This document shows positions 44,208 to 63,847 of a stretch of DNA of 64,000 nucleotides, one piece after another. The notes below the pieces were generated by a model. The model was not told the DNA's origin, searched no databases, and worked only from the letters and a program-made list of their open reading frames with translations. The stretch comes from Dictyostelium discoideum (taxonomy: Eukaryota): contig CM000151.3 of the NCBI GenBank assembly GCA_000004695.1, positions 6,048,001 to 6,112,000 of the forward strand, given 5' to 3'. A program made the position numbers and the translations under genes. Numbering within the stretch: position 1 is the stretch's first letter; every line of letters begins with the position of its first letter.

Positions 44208-45026
44208 TTATTGAGTAATTGCATTAACTTTTTTAAAGGCGGAAAGTACAGGATAAATATTTTCAAAAGCTTCATAAATCTCTTCACGAACTTTAGCACC
44301 AGTCAAGACGATTTTGCCAGAGACAAAAATCAATAAAACTACTTTAGGTTGAATCATTTTATAGATTAAACCAGGAAAGATTTCAGGTTCATAATTGGTG
44401 AAAGATGTATGTGCATTATGTAAGAGTTCTAATTTGATTGGGAATTTGACATCACAAGATCCAACGATATTTTGAATCTTAAAATCTGTAAATCTTGCAG
44501 GGAAATCCAATTTTTGAATGATTCTTGCATATTTTCTTGCAGCAAATCTACTTGCATCTTCAGATTTTGCTCCAGTGCAAACCATTTTACCACTCTTGAA
44601 AATTAATGCTGTTGTCTTTGGTTCTCTAATTCTCATAATAACTGCTGCAAAACGTTTTGGATTATATTCTGCATTTCTTGCTCCCAATGCAATTGCTTTT
44701 AAATCTAATTCTGTTGCCATATTTACTGTTGAAACTATATTTCTATTTTTTTTTTTTTTTTAAAAAAAAATGATAATAAAAAAAAAAAAAAAAAGGTAAA
44801 AAATCAAAGTAAAAAATTTTTTTTTTTTTTGATTAATAACTTCAATGGGTTGCAGTGATTGAAAAGAAGAAAGAAAAAAAAAAAAAAAAAAAAATTAAAA
44901 AATAAAAAAAAAAAAAAAAAATATAAAAACACACAACACTTACTGGAGGGTTGGAATAATACCAGATGGATGTTTTGAAAGATCAACATTTTGTGCTGGT
45001 GTAGATGTAGTGGTTGCGGTGCTCAT
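44208..45026 (-). CDS. tbpA: TATA-box-binding protein (TBP); join(45026..44944,44742..44208), 205 aa
   Basis: Exon 1 [27 protein letters not shown] ends CTCCA|GTAAGT (phase 2). After a 201-nt intron and ATAG acceptor the junction gives [62 protein letters not shown]... Both TBP direct repeats are present (second: [17 protein letters not shown]...[16 protein letters not shown]). Confidence 0.9.
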
Positions 45027-45602
45027 TTTTTATTAAAAAAAAAGTTTTTTGATTTTTATTGAATTTTTGGTAAATAATTAACACAATTAAGTAAAATGAT
45101 TTCCTAAAAAAAGTAAAAAGTGTTTTTTTTTTTTTTTTTTTTTATTTGTCTTTATTTGTGATTTTTTTCTCAAAAATAAAATTTGTTGTATTATTATTAT
45201 TTTTATTTTTATTTTTTTTTTTTGTTTTTTTTTATTTGATATTTAAAAATAATAGAAGTTATATAAAAAAATAAAGAAAAAAAAAAAAAGGTACTATGAC
45301 AAAATTGAAATAAATGTAATATCTAAATTTTTAAATGATTGTTGTATGTTATTTTTTTTTTATTTATTATTAAAAATAATTTGATATGGTATGAGTGTGT
45401 TTAAATAAAAGCTGTGAGTGATTATATACAAAAAAAAATTAATATAAAATAAAACAATTATTTAATTTTAAGATTAGTAATAATTGTTGTTTTATGTGTT
45501 GTGAGAGTCGACAAAAAATTATTTATAAAGGAAAAAAAAAAAAAAAAAATGAAAAAAAAAAAAAAAAAAAAAAAAATATTTAAATGAAAAAAAAAAAAAA
45601 TG

Positions 45603-45634
<32 letters not shown>

Positions 45635-45731
45635 TAAAATGAAAAAAAAAAAAAAAAAAAAAAAAAATTTTTAACCACATTTTTGTGGTTTTTAACCGGC
45701 CTTGAAGGGAAAAATTGTTTTTTTCTTAAAA

Positions 45732-45774
<43 letters not shown>

Positions 45775-46204
45775 TTTTTTTATCCCGGAACCTTTTAAAG
45801 GGTCCGATTTATTCATTAAAAAAATAATTTCCAAAGATAAAAAAAAAACTATTTAATTTTTGGAGTCAATTTTTTTTCCTCTATAAAATTTTTTCAGAAA
45901 AATAATGGGAAAGAGCCGGGAAAAAAAATAAAAATAAAAATAAAATAAAATAAAATAAAAATAAAATAAAAATAAAAATAGAAATAAAAATAAAAATAAA
46001 AATAAAAATAGAATAAAAATAAAAATAAAAATAAAAATAAAATATTAAATTGTTCTATTTTTATACAATATATTCGATTACTTTTTTTATTTGTTATTAT
46101 TGATTTTTTTTTTTTTGATTTTTTTTTATATCTTTATTTTTTAATATAACATTCACAATTTATATTTTTTGGTACAAATTTGTTTTTTTTTTTTTTTTTT
46201 TTTT

Positions 46205-46411
46205 TTATGTCGATTTTTCTAAAAAGAGTACATAACTTGTTAAACTTCTAATTTGTTGATTTCCAGTTGGAAGTTCCGATGATTGTTTTTGAATTGGAAC
46301 TGGTTTTAAGGTGTTACTAGCTTTATCGTGTTCCCAACACTTGGATGTAGTAACTTTATTATATATAATTATTTTATTATTAATTTATAATTATTAATTT
46401 TTTTGTTAGTA

Positions 46412-46451
<40 letters not shown>

Positions 46452-46815
46452 TTTAAAAAATAAAAGGAAAAAAAAAAAAAAAAAAAAAAAATCACATACA
46501 TTTAATTGTATCCTCTGGTGAAATACCTAAATATGAACTACAATCATTAACAGTGATTGAAGAATATGCATTTGAAATGAGTTCAAAAGTACGTTGTTGG
46601 AAATTTTCTTTTAATGTTGTAATAAATGGTGTATAGTCATCACCAATATTAATTGAAAGTGAAGTATATGTTATTGTTGGATTGGTTTGGGAAATTGATT
46701 TAATAATTGTATAAATATTTTTTAATTGTTGATTTGATTGTTTGAAATCATTTGGTATTCTTTTCCAAAGGTGTTTTGCGTTTATCCTTTATTTATTTAT
46801 TATTTTTTATAAATT

Positions 46816-46858
<43 letters not shown>

Positions 46859-47171
46859 ATTATAATAATAATAATAATAATAAAAAGAAATAACCTACAG
46901 ATCATTATTAATTAAATATGAAAGGAGATAAACACCATAATAACTTTTAATTAAATCTATATTCTACATTAAATATTATGGGTTAATTTTAGGAAATTAA
47001 TAAGAAATTATTGAAAAAAAAAAATACAAAATAAAAAAAATAAAATAAAATAAAATAAAATAAAAAAAAAAAAAAATTTACCTTTGATTCAATCTCTTGT
47101 CTTTGACAATAATCTAAAATTGCTTTAAAATTTTTTGAACTAATTAGGTTTGCAATTTCTGTGAATGCCAT
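46205..47171 (-). CDS. csn8: COP9 signalosome subunit 8 (CSN8, PCI-like); join(47171..47082,46963..46899,46786..46500,46353..46205), ~196 aa
   Basis: Exon 1 MAFTEIANLISSKNFKAILDYCQRQEIESK (human FSFKKLLDQCENQELE). A 65-nt exon 2, NIDLIKSYYGVYLLSYLINND (human VYGQLLALYLLHNDMN), was found between a GTAG acceptor and a CT|GTAGGT donor. Exon 3 starts L-INAKHLWKRIPNDFK (human NARYLWKRIPPAIK). Exon 4 ends NQQIRSLTSYVLFLEKST* (human QQLARLTDYVAFLEN). All splice phases are consistent. Confidence 0.8.
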
Positions 47172-47663
47172 TATGTATAATTTTCAACTTCTTTGTTTTT
47201 TAATTTATGATTCTCAACTAAAAATTAAAAAAAAAAAAAAAAAAAAATTAAAAATCAAAAAAAAAAATAAAAAAAAATTAAAAATCAAAAAAAAAAAAAA
47301 AAAATTAAAAAAAAAAAAATTAAAAAAAAAAAGAAAAATTAAATAAAAATCAAATTCTGAAATGGAAATTAGGTAATCTATTAAATAATTTTGGAATTTT
47401 TTTTTCTCTTTCCAGGAATTTCCTTTTTTTTTAGTTCCTTTTCCTTAATTAGTTCCCTATCCATAACTATTGATTATCTTTATTAAAATGATTATTAGTG
47501 TCACTAGTTGCCAACACGATTTTATTGGTAACGATCCAATTTAGTAATAACTCTCTTGGGATTGAATTTAAAAATTTATTCCTTGAACTTAACATTCTAT
47601 TTAAATCTAAAATTTCATTATCCCTTGATTCTAACTTTTCTCTATTTTTTTTTTATATAGGTA

Positions 47664-47696
<33 letters not shown>

Positions 47697-47732
47697 TTAA
47701 TAAAAAGTTCTTGACCAAAAATAATAATATCT

Positions 47733-47985
47733 TTATAATAATTTTAATAAATACTTTAATACATCTATTTCACTTTCAAGTTCTATTATTCTCTTTTCAA
47801 AGTGTATTAAGGCTTCGTTCTTTTCCAATTCGTCATTTGCTTTTTGTAAAAATGTTGATAGTTTATAATTTTTGTCAATAAATTTATTTGAAGTTTCACA
47901 ATCATCATTAATATTTTTATTACTATTTTCTTGGTCATTCTCATTATCATTCTTTTTCTCATTATCATTCTTTTTCTCATTATTA

Positions 47986-48039
<54 letters not shown>

Positions 48040-48386
48040 TGTATTTGTATTTTGGGTTGTTGTTGTTGTTGTTCATTTGACTTAATATTTACAGGTTTAT
48101 ATACAAAATTATTTTTTAAACTAAATAGTATTGCTTCAGATTCTTTAATACTTTCATCTTCATCATCATTATCTTCATTTTCATTTTCATTTTTATTTTT
48201 ATTATTATTATTATTATTAATTTCAATTGATTCTTCATTTTGAATTAATGTAAGTAATTGATCAAACCCATTAAAATTTAAAATATCATTCTCATTAATT
48301 TGTTGTTTTGATTCATATGGTTTTTCTTTATTTATTTCTTTTTCATTTTCAAGTATCTTTAATTTTTTAGGTGTCCTTTCTTCCAT
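47733..48386 (-). CDS. Hypothetical coiled-coil/low-complexity protein, 217 aa
   Basis: The ORF has poly-N and acidic tracts and a C-terminal heptad-like segment (KANDELEKNEALIHFEKRIIELESEIDVLKYLLKLL). No domain recognised. Confidence 0.4.
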
Positions 48387-48696
48387 TTTTTTTTTATTTT
48401 TTTATTTTTATTTTATTTTTTTCTTTTCAAATAACAGATATATAACAGTTTTTTCAAACATATTATTATTAATTTAGCACTGTTTTGTTGTTGATATTTT
48501 TGAAAAATGAAAAAAAAAAAAAAAAAAAAGATTTTTAAAGTGAAAATTAAAATTAAAAAAAAAAATAAAAAAATAAATATAAAAATTTTGAAATAAATAA
48601 AAAAAAAAAAAAAAAGATGGGTTTGGAAGGACAGGAAAATAGTATGAAATTTCATTTTTTTTTTTATTTTTTAGTTTTTTTTTTTTATTTTTTAAA

Positions 48697-49868
48697 TTAT
48701 TTTGTTTCAAAATGTCTATAAAATGTTTTTATAAATACACGTGATAAATGATCAGCTTGGAAAGTTGGTTCAGGAATTGGACGATGGAATACTTGTTTAC
48801 CAATTTGAGTTGTTAAACATTTATGAACCAATTGTAAACTGGTATGAGCATCCATTTTATGACCTGGTGAAACGTAAATTATGTCACCATCATTATTACG
48901 AAAAGCATGGCCAATGATACGATTCTTATCATTTCTATCGATCATTTCAACAGTATTTGATTTACTTAAACCCTCTTCAATGAACTCTGGTGTTATACCC
49001 TTTGCAACCAACAAAGTCTTGGCGACACCAATTGTTGGTACATTAGCGATAATACCAAAATGGGTAGCAGCCCCAACTGAACGTTGATGATTGACACCGT
49101 TGCCGTCCAATATCATTATATCTGGTTTGAATTGCGGGAATTTCTTTATCATGGCATTCCATAAATCTAAAAAGTGGGGCACTTCTCTGAATGCTAAATA
49201 ACCTGCGACGTAGGGTTCAGTCAATTTCACCATTTTATAACTCTCATAAACCACTCTACAACTTGGGTACTCCAACACAACGATTGAGGCCACCGCATCA
49301 ACTTTACTCTCTTTTGGGAACGAAATATCGCAACCCCCCACCAACTTTATATTACAATTGTTTTCTGATGCATTCAATCCATTGACATTATCCCAAATCA
49401 AACGATTTCTTAAAATGTTTTGTTGTTTCATTTTCTGATATTTCCAATCATCAGTATTCACTGATGGCTCACTACGATTACCATAGGATTCTTTAGTCCA
49501 ACCTTTCAAATCAACATACACTTTCTTTGGGTTTGGACTTAGTGCTCGGAATTTAATATGTGATTGAGTTTCTCCACCTTCAACCTCTACAATTTTTAAA
49601 TCCATACTTTGTTCCATTGCTTTAATTAAAACATCTTCATCACTCTTTTTCTTTTCAAACATATCTGCAAATGCTGTTCTTCTTGGTTCTTCATTTTTTA
49701 TTTCTTTTGCATTTCTTTCATTTTCCGCTTTTTTTGCATATTCATCTTTAAGATTTGTTATAAACATATCTGCAAATGCTGTTTTTCTTGGTTCTTCATA
49801 TTTTATTTCTTTATTATTATTATTATTTCTATTATTATTATTATTATTATTATTTCTATTATTATTTC

Positions 49869-49929
<61 letters not shown>

Positions 49930-50313
49930 TCTATTATTATTATAATTATTATTATTTGTATATGAATAGGTTGGTGTATTGTTATTATTATTATAATTAT
50001 TATTATCATTATAATCATATGTGCTTTCACTATTTAAAATTGGAATTACTGGTACATCAACTTCCATATCACTTGTACTTAAACTGTATGATGTATTGGT
50101 TGTTGGAGTTGAATAATAATAGTTATTATTGTAAGTACTATTATAGTCATTTGTTGTTGTAGTTGTTGTTGAAACAGTTGGTGGATTTCCACTATTACCA
50201 GAAACACCTAAAATTTCATTTTTTCTTCTTTTAAATTCTTCTTCAGAGATATAACTATTTTCTAAAAGATTTTGAATCTTTCTTAATTCATCATCAATAT
50301 CATTATTAAACAT
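48697..50313 (-). CDS. Endonuclease V (deoxyinosine 3'-endonuclease, Nfi/ENDOV family) with a ~260-aa low-complexity N-terminal extension, 538 aa, intronless
   Basis: C-terminal 270 aa align with human ENDOV: VGGCDISF vs VGGVDVSF; YVAGYLAFREVP vs YVSGFLAFREVP; ILDGNGVNHQRSVGAATHFGIIANVPTIGVAKTLL vs [43 protein letters not shown] vs YISVGHRM; RPIPEPTFQADHLSR vs RIPEPVRQADICSR. The N-terminus holds N/Y-rich tracts and two copies of KEIK(Y/N)EEPR(K/R)TAFADMF. Confidence 0.85.
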
Positions 50314-51075
50314 TTTTAAAATTTATTTATTACTAATTAATATTTATTTAATTATTTATATATTATTTATATATATTTATTTATTTATTTTTATTTAAAT
50401 TAAAATATTGAGGGCAATTTTTTTTTTTTATTTTTTATACTTTTTTAATTTTTTTTTTTCTTAAAAAAAACTCAAAAAAAAAGTGCGAAAATCTTTGAAA
50501 ATTTTGGATTAAAATAAGAAATAATAAGGTATGTGGTCATCAAAAAAAAAAATAAAAAATAAAAAATAAAAAGTATATAAACTTTAATAAAAAAAACTTT
50601 AAAATATTTGAATTAGATAATTAAAAATTAAATCTATGTTTGTTGATAATTTAATTTAGTATGATAAAAAACTTTAAATCACTTTTTTTTTTTTTTTTTA
50701 ATATAATCTTCACATAAATGATCAAACATTTCTAATAACACAATTTCACCAAAATTTTAATAAATAAACCTCTTTAATTTAAACAAATAATTTTTATTTT
50801 AATAAATAAACCTCTTTAATTTAAACAAATATTTTATTTTATTATAAAAAACCACCAAAAAAAAAAAAAAAAAAAAAAAAAAATCTCAGTTTTTTGAGTG
50901 GAAAAAAAAAAATGATCAGATAAATAATAATGGCGTCATTGTGTAAAAATCATGATATTTTAAGTGGTTTTTGGAAATTTCGATCAATATTTCAAAGAAT
51001 TTTTTTTTTTATTCTAAACCACAACATTAATATAAAAAATTTTTTTTGATTTTTTTTTTTTTTTTTCAAAAACGA

Positions 51076-51114
<39 letters not shown>

Positions 51115-51174
51115 TATTGATATTTTAATAATAATAATAATATGATTTAAAAAACATATAAATATTTTTTCAAA

Positions 51175-54987
<3,813 letters not shown>

Positions 54988-55075
54988 TATTTATTTTATT
55001 CATTTTATTAAATTTTTATAAATTTAATAATAAAATAAATAAAAAAAAAATAATAAAAAATGAATAAAATAAATA

Positions 55076-55116
<41 letters not shown>

Positions 55117-55245
55117 TTGATTTGATTTGATTTGGTTGAATAGGTTTAATTTCTAATTTACTTTTATTTATTTGATTGCTTTATTAAAAAAGATAATTCA
55201 GTGGACAAAATTATAAATTTCAAAATATTTATTACCTTTGTTTTT

Positions 55246-55294
<49 letters not shown>

Positions 55295-55467
55295 TTTTCT
55301 AAATTAATTTATTTATTCAATATTTTCTTAATAATTGATTTTTTTTTTTTTCTTATTTTTAGCAAAAGAAATTAGCTACACATGTACATATTCTTAAAAA
55401 TATTTATAGTAATTTTTATTTCTATTATTTTTTTTTTGTTTTTATTTTTAATAAGAAAAATCAATTT

Positions 55468-55509
<42 letters not shown>

Positions 55510-55615
55510 TTTTCACTTTTTATTTTTGTTTTTTTAATTTTATTTTTAGCAAACACAAAACAGATGATTTTTTTTTTTTTTTATTTTTTCGTTGTGGAAA
55601 TTCTAATACTTTAAA

Positions 55616-58499
<2,884 letters not shown>

Positions 58500-58564
58500 A
58501 TAATAAACTATTTATGGATACAAAAAAATATTATTATTTTTTATTTTATAAATATTTATGTTTT

Positions 58565-58605
<41 letters not shown>

Positions 58606-58670
58606 AGAGAAGTTGGTTGTGTTGAGAATTGAGAGAAATATAGGTTTTGTTGTTGTTTTTGTTTGTGTTG

Positions 58671-58732
<62 letters not shown>

Positions 58733-58839
58733 GTTGAATTATGATTGATACTTTTTTTTGATTTTCTTTTTTTTTTTTTTTTTTTAAAAGTAATTGGTTG
58801 ACTTTAAAGTTTGACTGATATGTGTTGTGTGGTTGAGAT

Positions 58840-58870
<31 letters not shown>

Positions 58871-58885
58871 AGTAGTTATTTTAAT

Positions 58886-59851
58886 TTATTTTTTTGGTTT
58901 TTGTTGTTTATTTCTTGGAGGAGTTAATGGTCTACCATTACTATCGTTTGTAAGTTTTTTTTTATCGGCAGGTTTTAAAATTTGGAATGAACACATTAAA
59001 GTTTCATCGACACCCATCATAGCACCAGCGTTATCAAATTCACCAAAGTAATTTGGAGCGGAAAAGAGGGTTACCAATTGACGTTTAGCAAAGAATTCAT
59101 AACCATCTTCTACAACTTGATGAGCTCTACAAACTAAATCGAGATCGTGTTTCTTTAAGAATGATTCGACAACGTCGGCACCAAAAGTATAGGAGACACC
59201 ACGGTCATTATCTTCCCAACCTTGAATGTTTTTATCAGGATCAGCCCACAAGAGATCACATAAAAGACCAAAATCTGGAACAACGGTTGGTCTAGTGATT
59301 CTACGAATTTGATCCATATTCTTGAGATCTGGTGAGAGACCACCATGCATACAAAAGATTTTCTCGTCAATGATGGCTGCAACTGGGAGACAGTTGAAGC
59401 AATCTGTAAATGCTTTCCATAATTTGCTGTTGTATCTTCTCTTGCATTCATCGTAAAAACCATAGATACGATTGATGGATGCACATTCGTGATTTCCACG
59501 AAGAATGAAAAAGTTCTCTGGATATTTGATTTTATAGGCCAACAATAAACAAATGGTCTCTAAGGATTGCTTACCACGATCGACATAATCACCTAAAAAA
59601 AGATAATTACTTTGTGGTGGGAATCCTCCGTACTCAAAGAGACGAAGTAAATCGTAGTATTGTCCATGAATATCACCACAGATCTTGATTGGTGCTTCTA
59701 ATTCCAATAAAATTGGTTGATTTATAAAGATTTCAGTGGCTTGAACTGTTAAATATCTAATTTCCTCCTCTGCTAAATCAACTAATTTACCTGGTTTTGT
59801 AGTTCTTGGTTCCAATAATCTTGTAATGATTGAATCTAAATCAATTTCCAT
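58886..59851 (-). CDS. pppB: Serine/threonine protein phosphatase PP1 catalytic subunit, 321 aa, intronless
   Basis: Full-length match to PP1c: [72 protein letters not shown]; N-terminal [14 protein letters not shown]. Confidence 0.9.
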   Translation of the reverse strand: MEIDLDSIITRLLEPRTTKPGKLVDLAEEEIRYLTVQATEIFINQPILLELEAPIKICGDIHGQYYDLLRLFEYGGFPPQSNYLFLGDYVDRGKQSLETICLLLAYKIKYPENFFILRGNHECASINRIYGFYDECKRRYNSKLWKAFTDCFNCLPVAAIIDEKIFCMHGGLSPDLKNMDQIRRITRPTVVPDFGLLCDLLWADPDKNIQGWEDNDRGVSYTFGADVVESFLKKHDLDLVCRAHQVVEDGYEFFAKRQLVTLFSAPNYFGEFDNAGAMMGVDETLMCSFQILKPADKKKLTNDSNGRPLTPPRNKQQKPKK

Positions 59852-60686
59852 TCTTTTTTATTTATATTATTTTATTTTATTTATTTTCTTCTCTTTTTAT
59901 TTTTTTTTGTTTTTGTTTTGTTTTGTTTTGTTTATTTTAAATATATTTTATATATTTAAATTTTCGTTATTGGTTGTTATTACTATTATTATTACTACCA
60001 CAAACTTCTCTTTCTAATCAAGTCTTTTCTTCTTTTTTTATTTTTTCTTCTTTAATTTATGAAAACTGAAAAACTATAATACAAAATTTAATTTTTAAAA
60101 AATAAATAACTTATTAATATAAATTTTTTTTTTTTTTTTTTTTTTTTTTATTATTTTTTTTTTTTATATAAAAAAAATAATAATGAAATAAGTGTATGTG
60201 TGGTTTGAGTTTGTGTTGTATAAATTTAATAAAAAAAAAAAATAATAATAATAATAATAATAAAAAAAGAAAATAATAAAAAAAACAACAAAAAATTGAG
60301 ATAATAAAGAGTGAGTGAGAGAGAATAATAAAAAAAGTGTAACAAAGAAAACCACAAAAAAAATAATAATTTAATAATTAAAAAAAAAAAAAAAATCCAT
60401 GGAAAAAAAAAAAAAAAAAAAAATAATAATTTGTGTGTTTTTTTAAAAAAAAAAAAAAAAAAAATTAAAAAAAAAAAAAAAAATTTAACTATCTCTTAAT
60501 TATAATTGTTGATTAAAACAAATATTGGTAATAAAATATTTAACTTATACATTTTATTTATTTATTTGTTAATTAATTTATTTTTATTTTTTAATTTTAT
60601 TTATCTATTGAATATTAAGGAAAAAAAAATAATAAATTATAATAAAAAATTATGAGGTGTGCACACCGATCTATTTTTGTTAAAAT

Positions 60687-60730
<44 letters not shown>

Positions 60731-61447
60731 GGCGCGATTTTTTGTTTGTGTGGGTTATTTTTAAAATAATAAATAAAAAAAAAAAAAAAATGGATAAAAA
60801 AAAAAAGAAATAGGAAAAAAAAAATAAAACAAATAAAAAATATATATTGTGTATATAGGAGAAACTAAAAGAAGTTAAATGATTGATTGTAACAATCTTT
60901 TTTTTTTTTTCTCTTTCTTTTTTTTTTTTAAAAATTTTCTCGAAGTTTTTTTTTTTTTTTTGTTCTTATCGAAAAAAATATTAAAATAAAAATAGATCAA
61001 AAAAAAAAAAAATAAAAATTTTATATTATTCTTTTCTTCATAAAACTATTAAAACTTACAAAATATTTTGTTAAATTCTGTTACAATTAATGGGTTTTTT
61101 TTTTTTTTTTGCGCGTCTGAATTTATGATTAAACAATTACAATAAAAAGGAATTATTTAAAAAAAAAAAAAACATTTAAAAGAAAAATAAAAAAAAAATA
61201 GTTTTTTTTTTCAAAAAAAAAAATTCAATTTTTTTTTTTTTTGAAAAAAAAAATAAAAATAAAAAAAAAATAAATTTAAATAGGTGTATTTATGATCGTT
61301 AAACTTCCAACTTTTGTGTTGATTCATAGTTGGAATTTATAAAGTGTTGTTAAAAAGGATATTGCAGATATAAAGTTAGCTCAGCGTTTTTTTTTTATTT
61401 TTTTTTATTTTTTTTTTATTTTTTTTTATTTTTTTCTTATTCCAAAT

Positions 61448-61487
<40 letters not shown>

Positions 61488-61500
61488 CAATTGTGTGTGG

Positions 61501-61545
<45 letters not shown>

Positions 61546-61735
61546 AAAATCAGGATAAAAAAAAGTAATTGGATGTGGAAAAAAAAAAAAAAAAAAAAAA
61601 AATTATAATAAAAAAGATTTGAACTTAAATTTTATTTTTGATTTTTGATTTTTTAATTGTTTTTATTTATTTATTTTTTAATTTTCCAGATCGAAGGACA
61701 TTAATTATAGCAGTGGTGATTGTGGGGGGTGGTAA

Positions 61736-61780
<45 letters not shown>

Positions 61781-62110
61781 TGAAAATTGTGCATGCACGA
61801 TCTTATAAAAAAAAAAAATAAAAAATAAAAAAAAAAAAAAAAAAAAAAAGCCAAACTTTAAAATAGACAAAGATAAATACAAATAAAATTATATTTAGAA
61901 AAATAAAAATAAATACAAATAAAATTATATTTTATTATTTAAATTTTTTTTATTTATTTTTTTTTATTTATTTTTTTTTATTTATTTTTTTTTTTTTTTT
62001 TTTGAGTTTGGAAATTGTTTGGAATTATACATTATAAAAGTGTTGTTAGGATATAGAGTTATAAAATATGATGATAAATAGGTCGCAAAATTGTATTTTA
62101 AAGTTTAAAT

Positions 62111-63847
62111 TTAATCCAAGTCAAGATTAGGGAAACCATTTTGACCACCTTTACCAGCACCACCTCCCATGCCTCCCATCATTTTGGCGAGGTCACCCAT
62201 ATTTGGCATACCACCACCTCCTCTACCGCCGCCACCCATACCTCCCATCATTTTGGCAAGGTCACCCATACTTGGCATACCACCGCCACCACCTCCACCA
62301 CCACCAAACATTTTTGCAAGATCACCCATTCCACCCATACCTTTAAGTGAATTCATTAAACCCTGCATACCACCATTAGCATTCATTTGTTTCATTGCTT
62401 GTTCCATATTCTTTGGACCACCTTTACCTGCCATCAAACTACCCAAACCACCACCTGGACCACCTTTACCAATAAGTTTTTCAAATGTTTTATGTTGTTC
62501 CAATAATTCTACAACCTCATTTGGATGTCTACCTGAACCTTGAGCAATTGTAATAATACGTTTTTGTGTGATTGGTTTCTTTCCATCCAATTCTTTTTCT
62601 GATAAACTATCCAATATATTAATATATGCTTTTAATTTCAAACCACCTTCATTACCTTGTAATTGTGGTAATTGATTCATACCAGGTATCATTTGTACAA
62701 CTAATTTATTATTTTTTTAAAAAAAATTAATAAAAAATATTATTTAAAATTAAATATATTTGTTTTTTCTTTTTCTTTTTTTTTTTTTTTTAAAAAAAAA
62801 AAACTTACGTTTATCAATTGGACCTAATTGCATAATTTGTTGAAATTGTTGTTGCATACTTCTAAGAGTGAATTTACCTTGAGCAATTTCTTTTAATGAA
62901 GTTGAATCCTCTGGAATGACTTCTTTAATTTTTTCCAACATACCTTTCATATCACCATAACCTAAAAGTTTACTAACAAATGTTGAAGGATCGAATAATT
63001 CTAAATCTGTTAAATGTTCACCAGTACCAATGAAAATGATAGGTGTATTAGTGGCGGCAACAGCAGAGATTGCACCACCACCCATTGAATTACCATCCAT
63101 TTTGGTGATAATGATTGAACCAACTTTAACTGAACTTCTAAATGCTGTTGCTTGTTCGTATGCAGCTTGACCAATTGAACTATCCATAACGAAAATACAA
63201 TTGTCAGGTTTGACTGCTGTTTCAATTTGTTTCATCTCTTCAAATAACTCACTATCTTGTTTATGTCTACCTGATGTATCGACGATGATGATCTCTGTTC
63301 CATCCTTTTTAAAGATATCAACACCAGTACGTGCTACTACGACTGGATCCTTCTCAGTCTCGCTACCATAGTAGTGGATCTTTGCCTTTGCGGCATTGTG
63401 ACGTACTTGGTCGAATGCACCAGCACGAAAAGTATCAGCACAAACGATTGCAGTTGAAAAACCTTTCTTCTTATAAAAATAGGCTAATTTAGTGACAGAT
63501 GTGGTTTTACCAGCACCTTGTAAACCTACAAACATTACTATATTTGATTTACCTTTGGTTGGTTTCCATAATGGTACACCTGGATCCAATAAACGAATGA
63601 GTTCATCGAATACAACTTGTTTGATTATCTTTCTCTTATTTAAACCTGCTGCCATTTGATCCAATTTAATCTTATCTTTTATATTCTTTCTCATTTGTAT
63701 GATTAAACTCATACTAACATCTGATTTACTTAATGCATTTCCAACCTCTTTTAATAATTGATTAATTGTATCTTCATTTACAATGGTTGTTTCATTTAAT
63801 GATCTTAATGCTGAAGATAATTGATTACCTAAATCTGCTAACACCAT
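62111..63847 (-). CDS. srp54: Signal recognition particle 54-kDa subunit (SRP54); join(63847..62809,62700..62111), ~542 aa
   Basis: N domain (MVLADLGNQLSSALRSL), G domain (VMFVGLQGAGKTTSVTKLAYFY, DTSGRH, TKMDG). Donor AAAC|GTAAGT (phase 1), 108-nt intron, acceptor AATTAG; the junction GPIDK-L-VVQMIPGMNQ aligns with the SRP54 M-domain start (MGPFSQILGMIPGFG). The M domain has a Gly/Met-rich C-terminal tail. Confidence 0.9.

Noticed and set aside
62141-62543. Plus-strand ORFs rich in Pro/Thr/His opposite the SRP54 3' exon
   Set aside because: An antisense reading of the Gly/Met-rich (GGN/ATG) repeat tail of SRP54.
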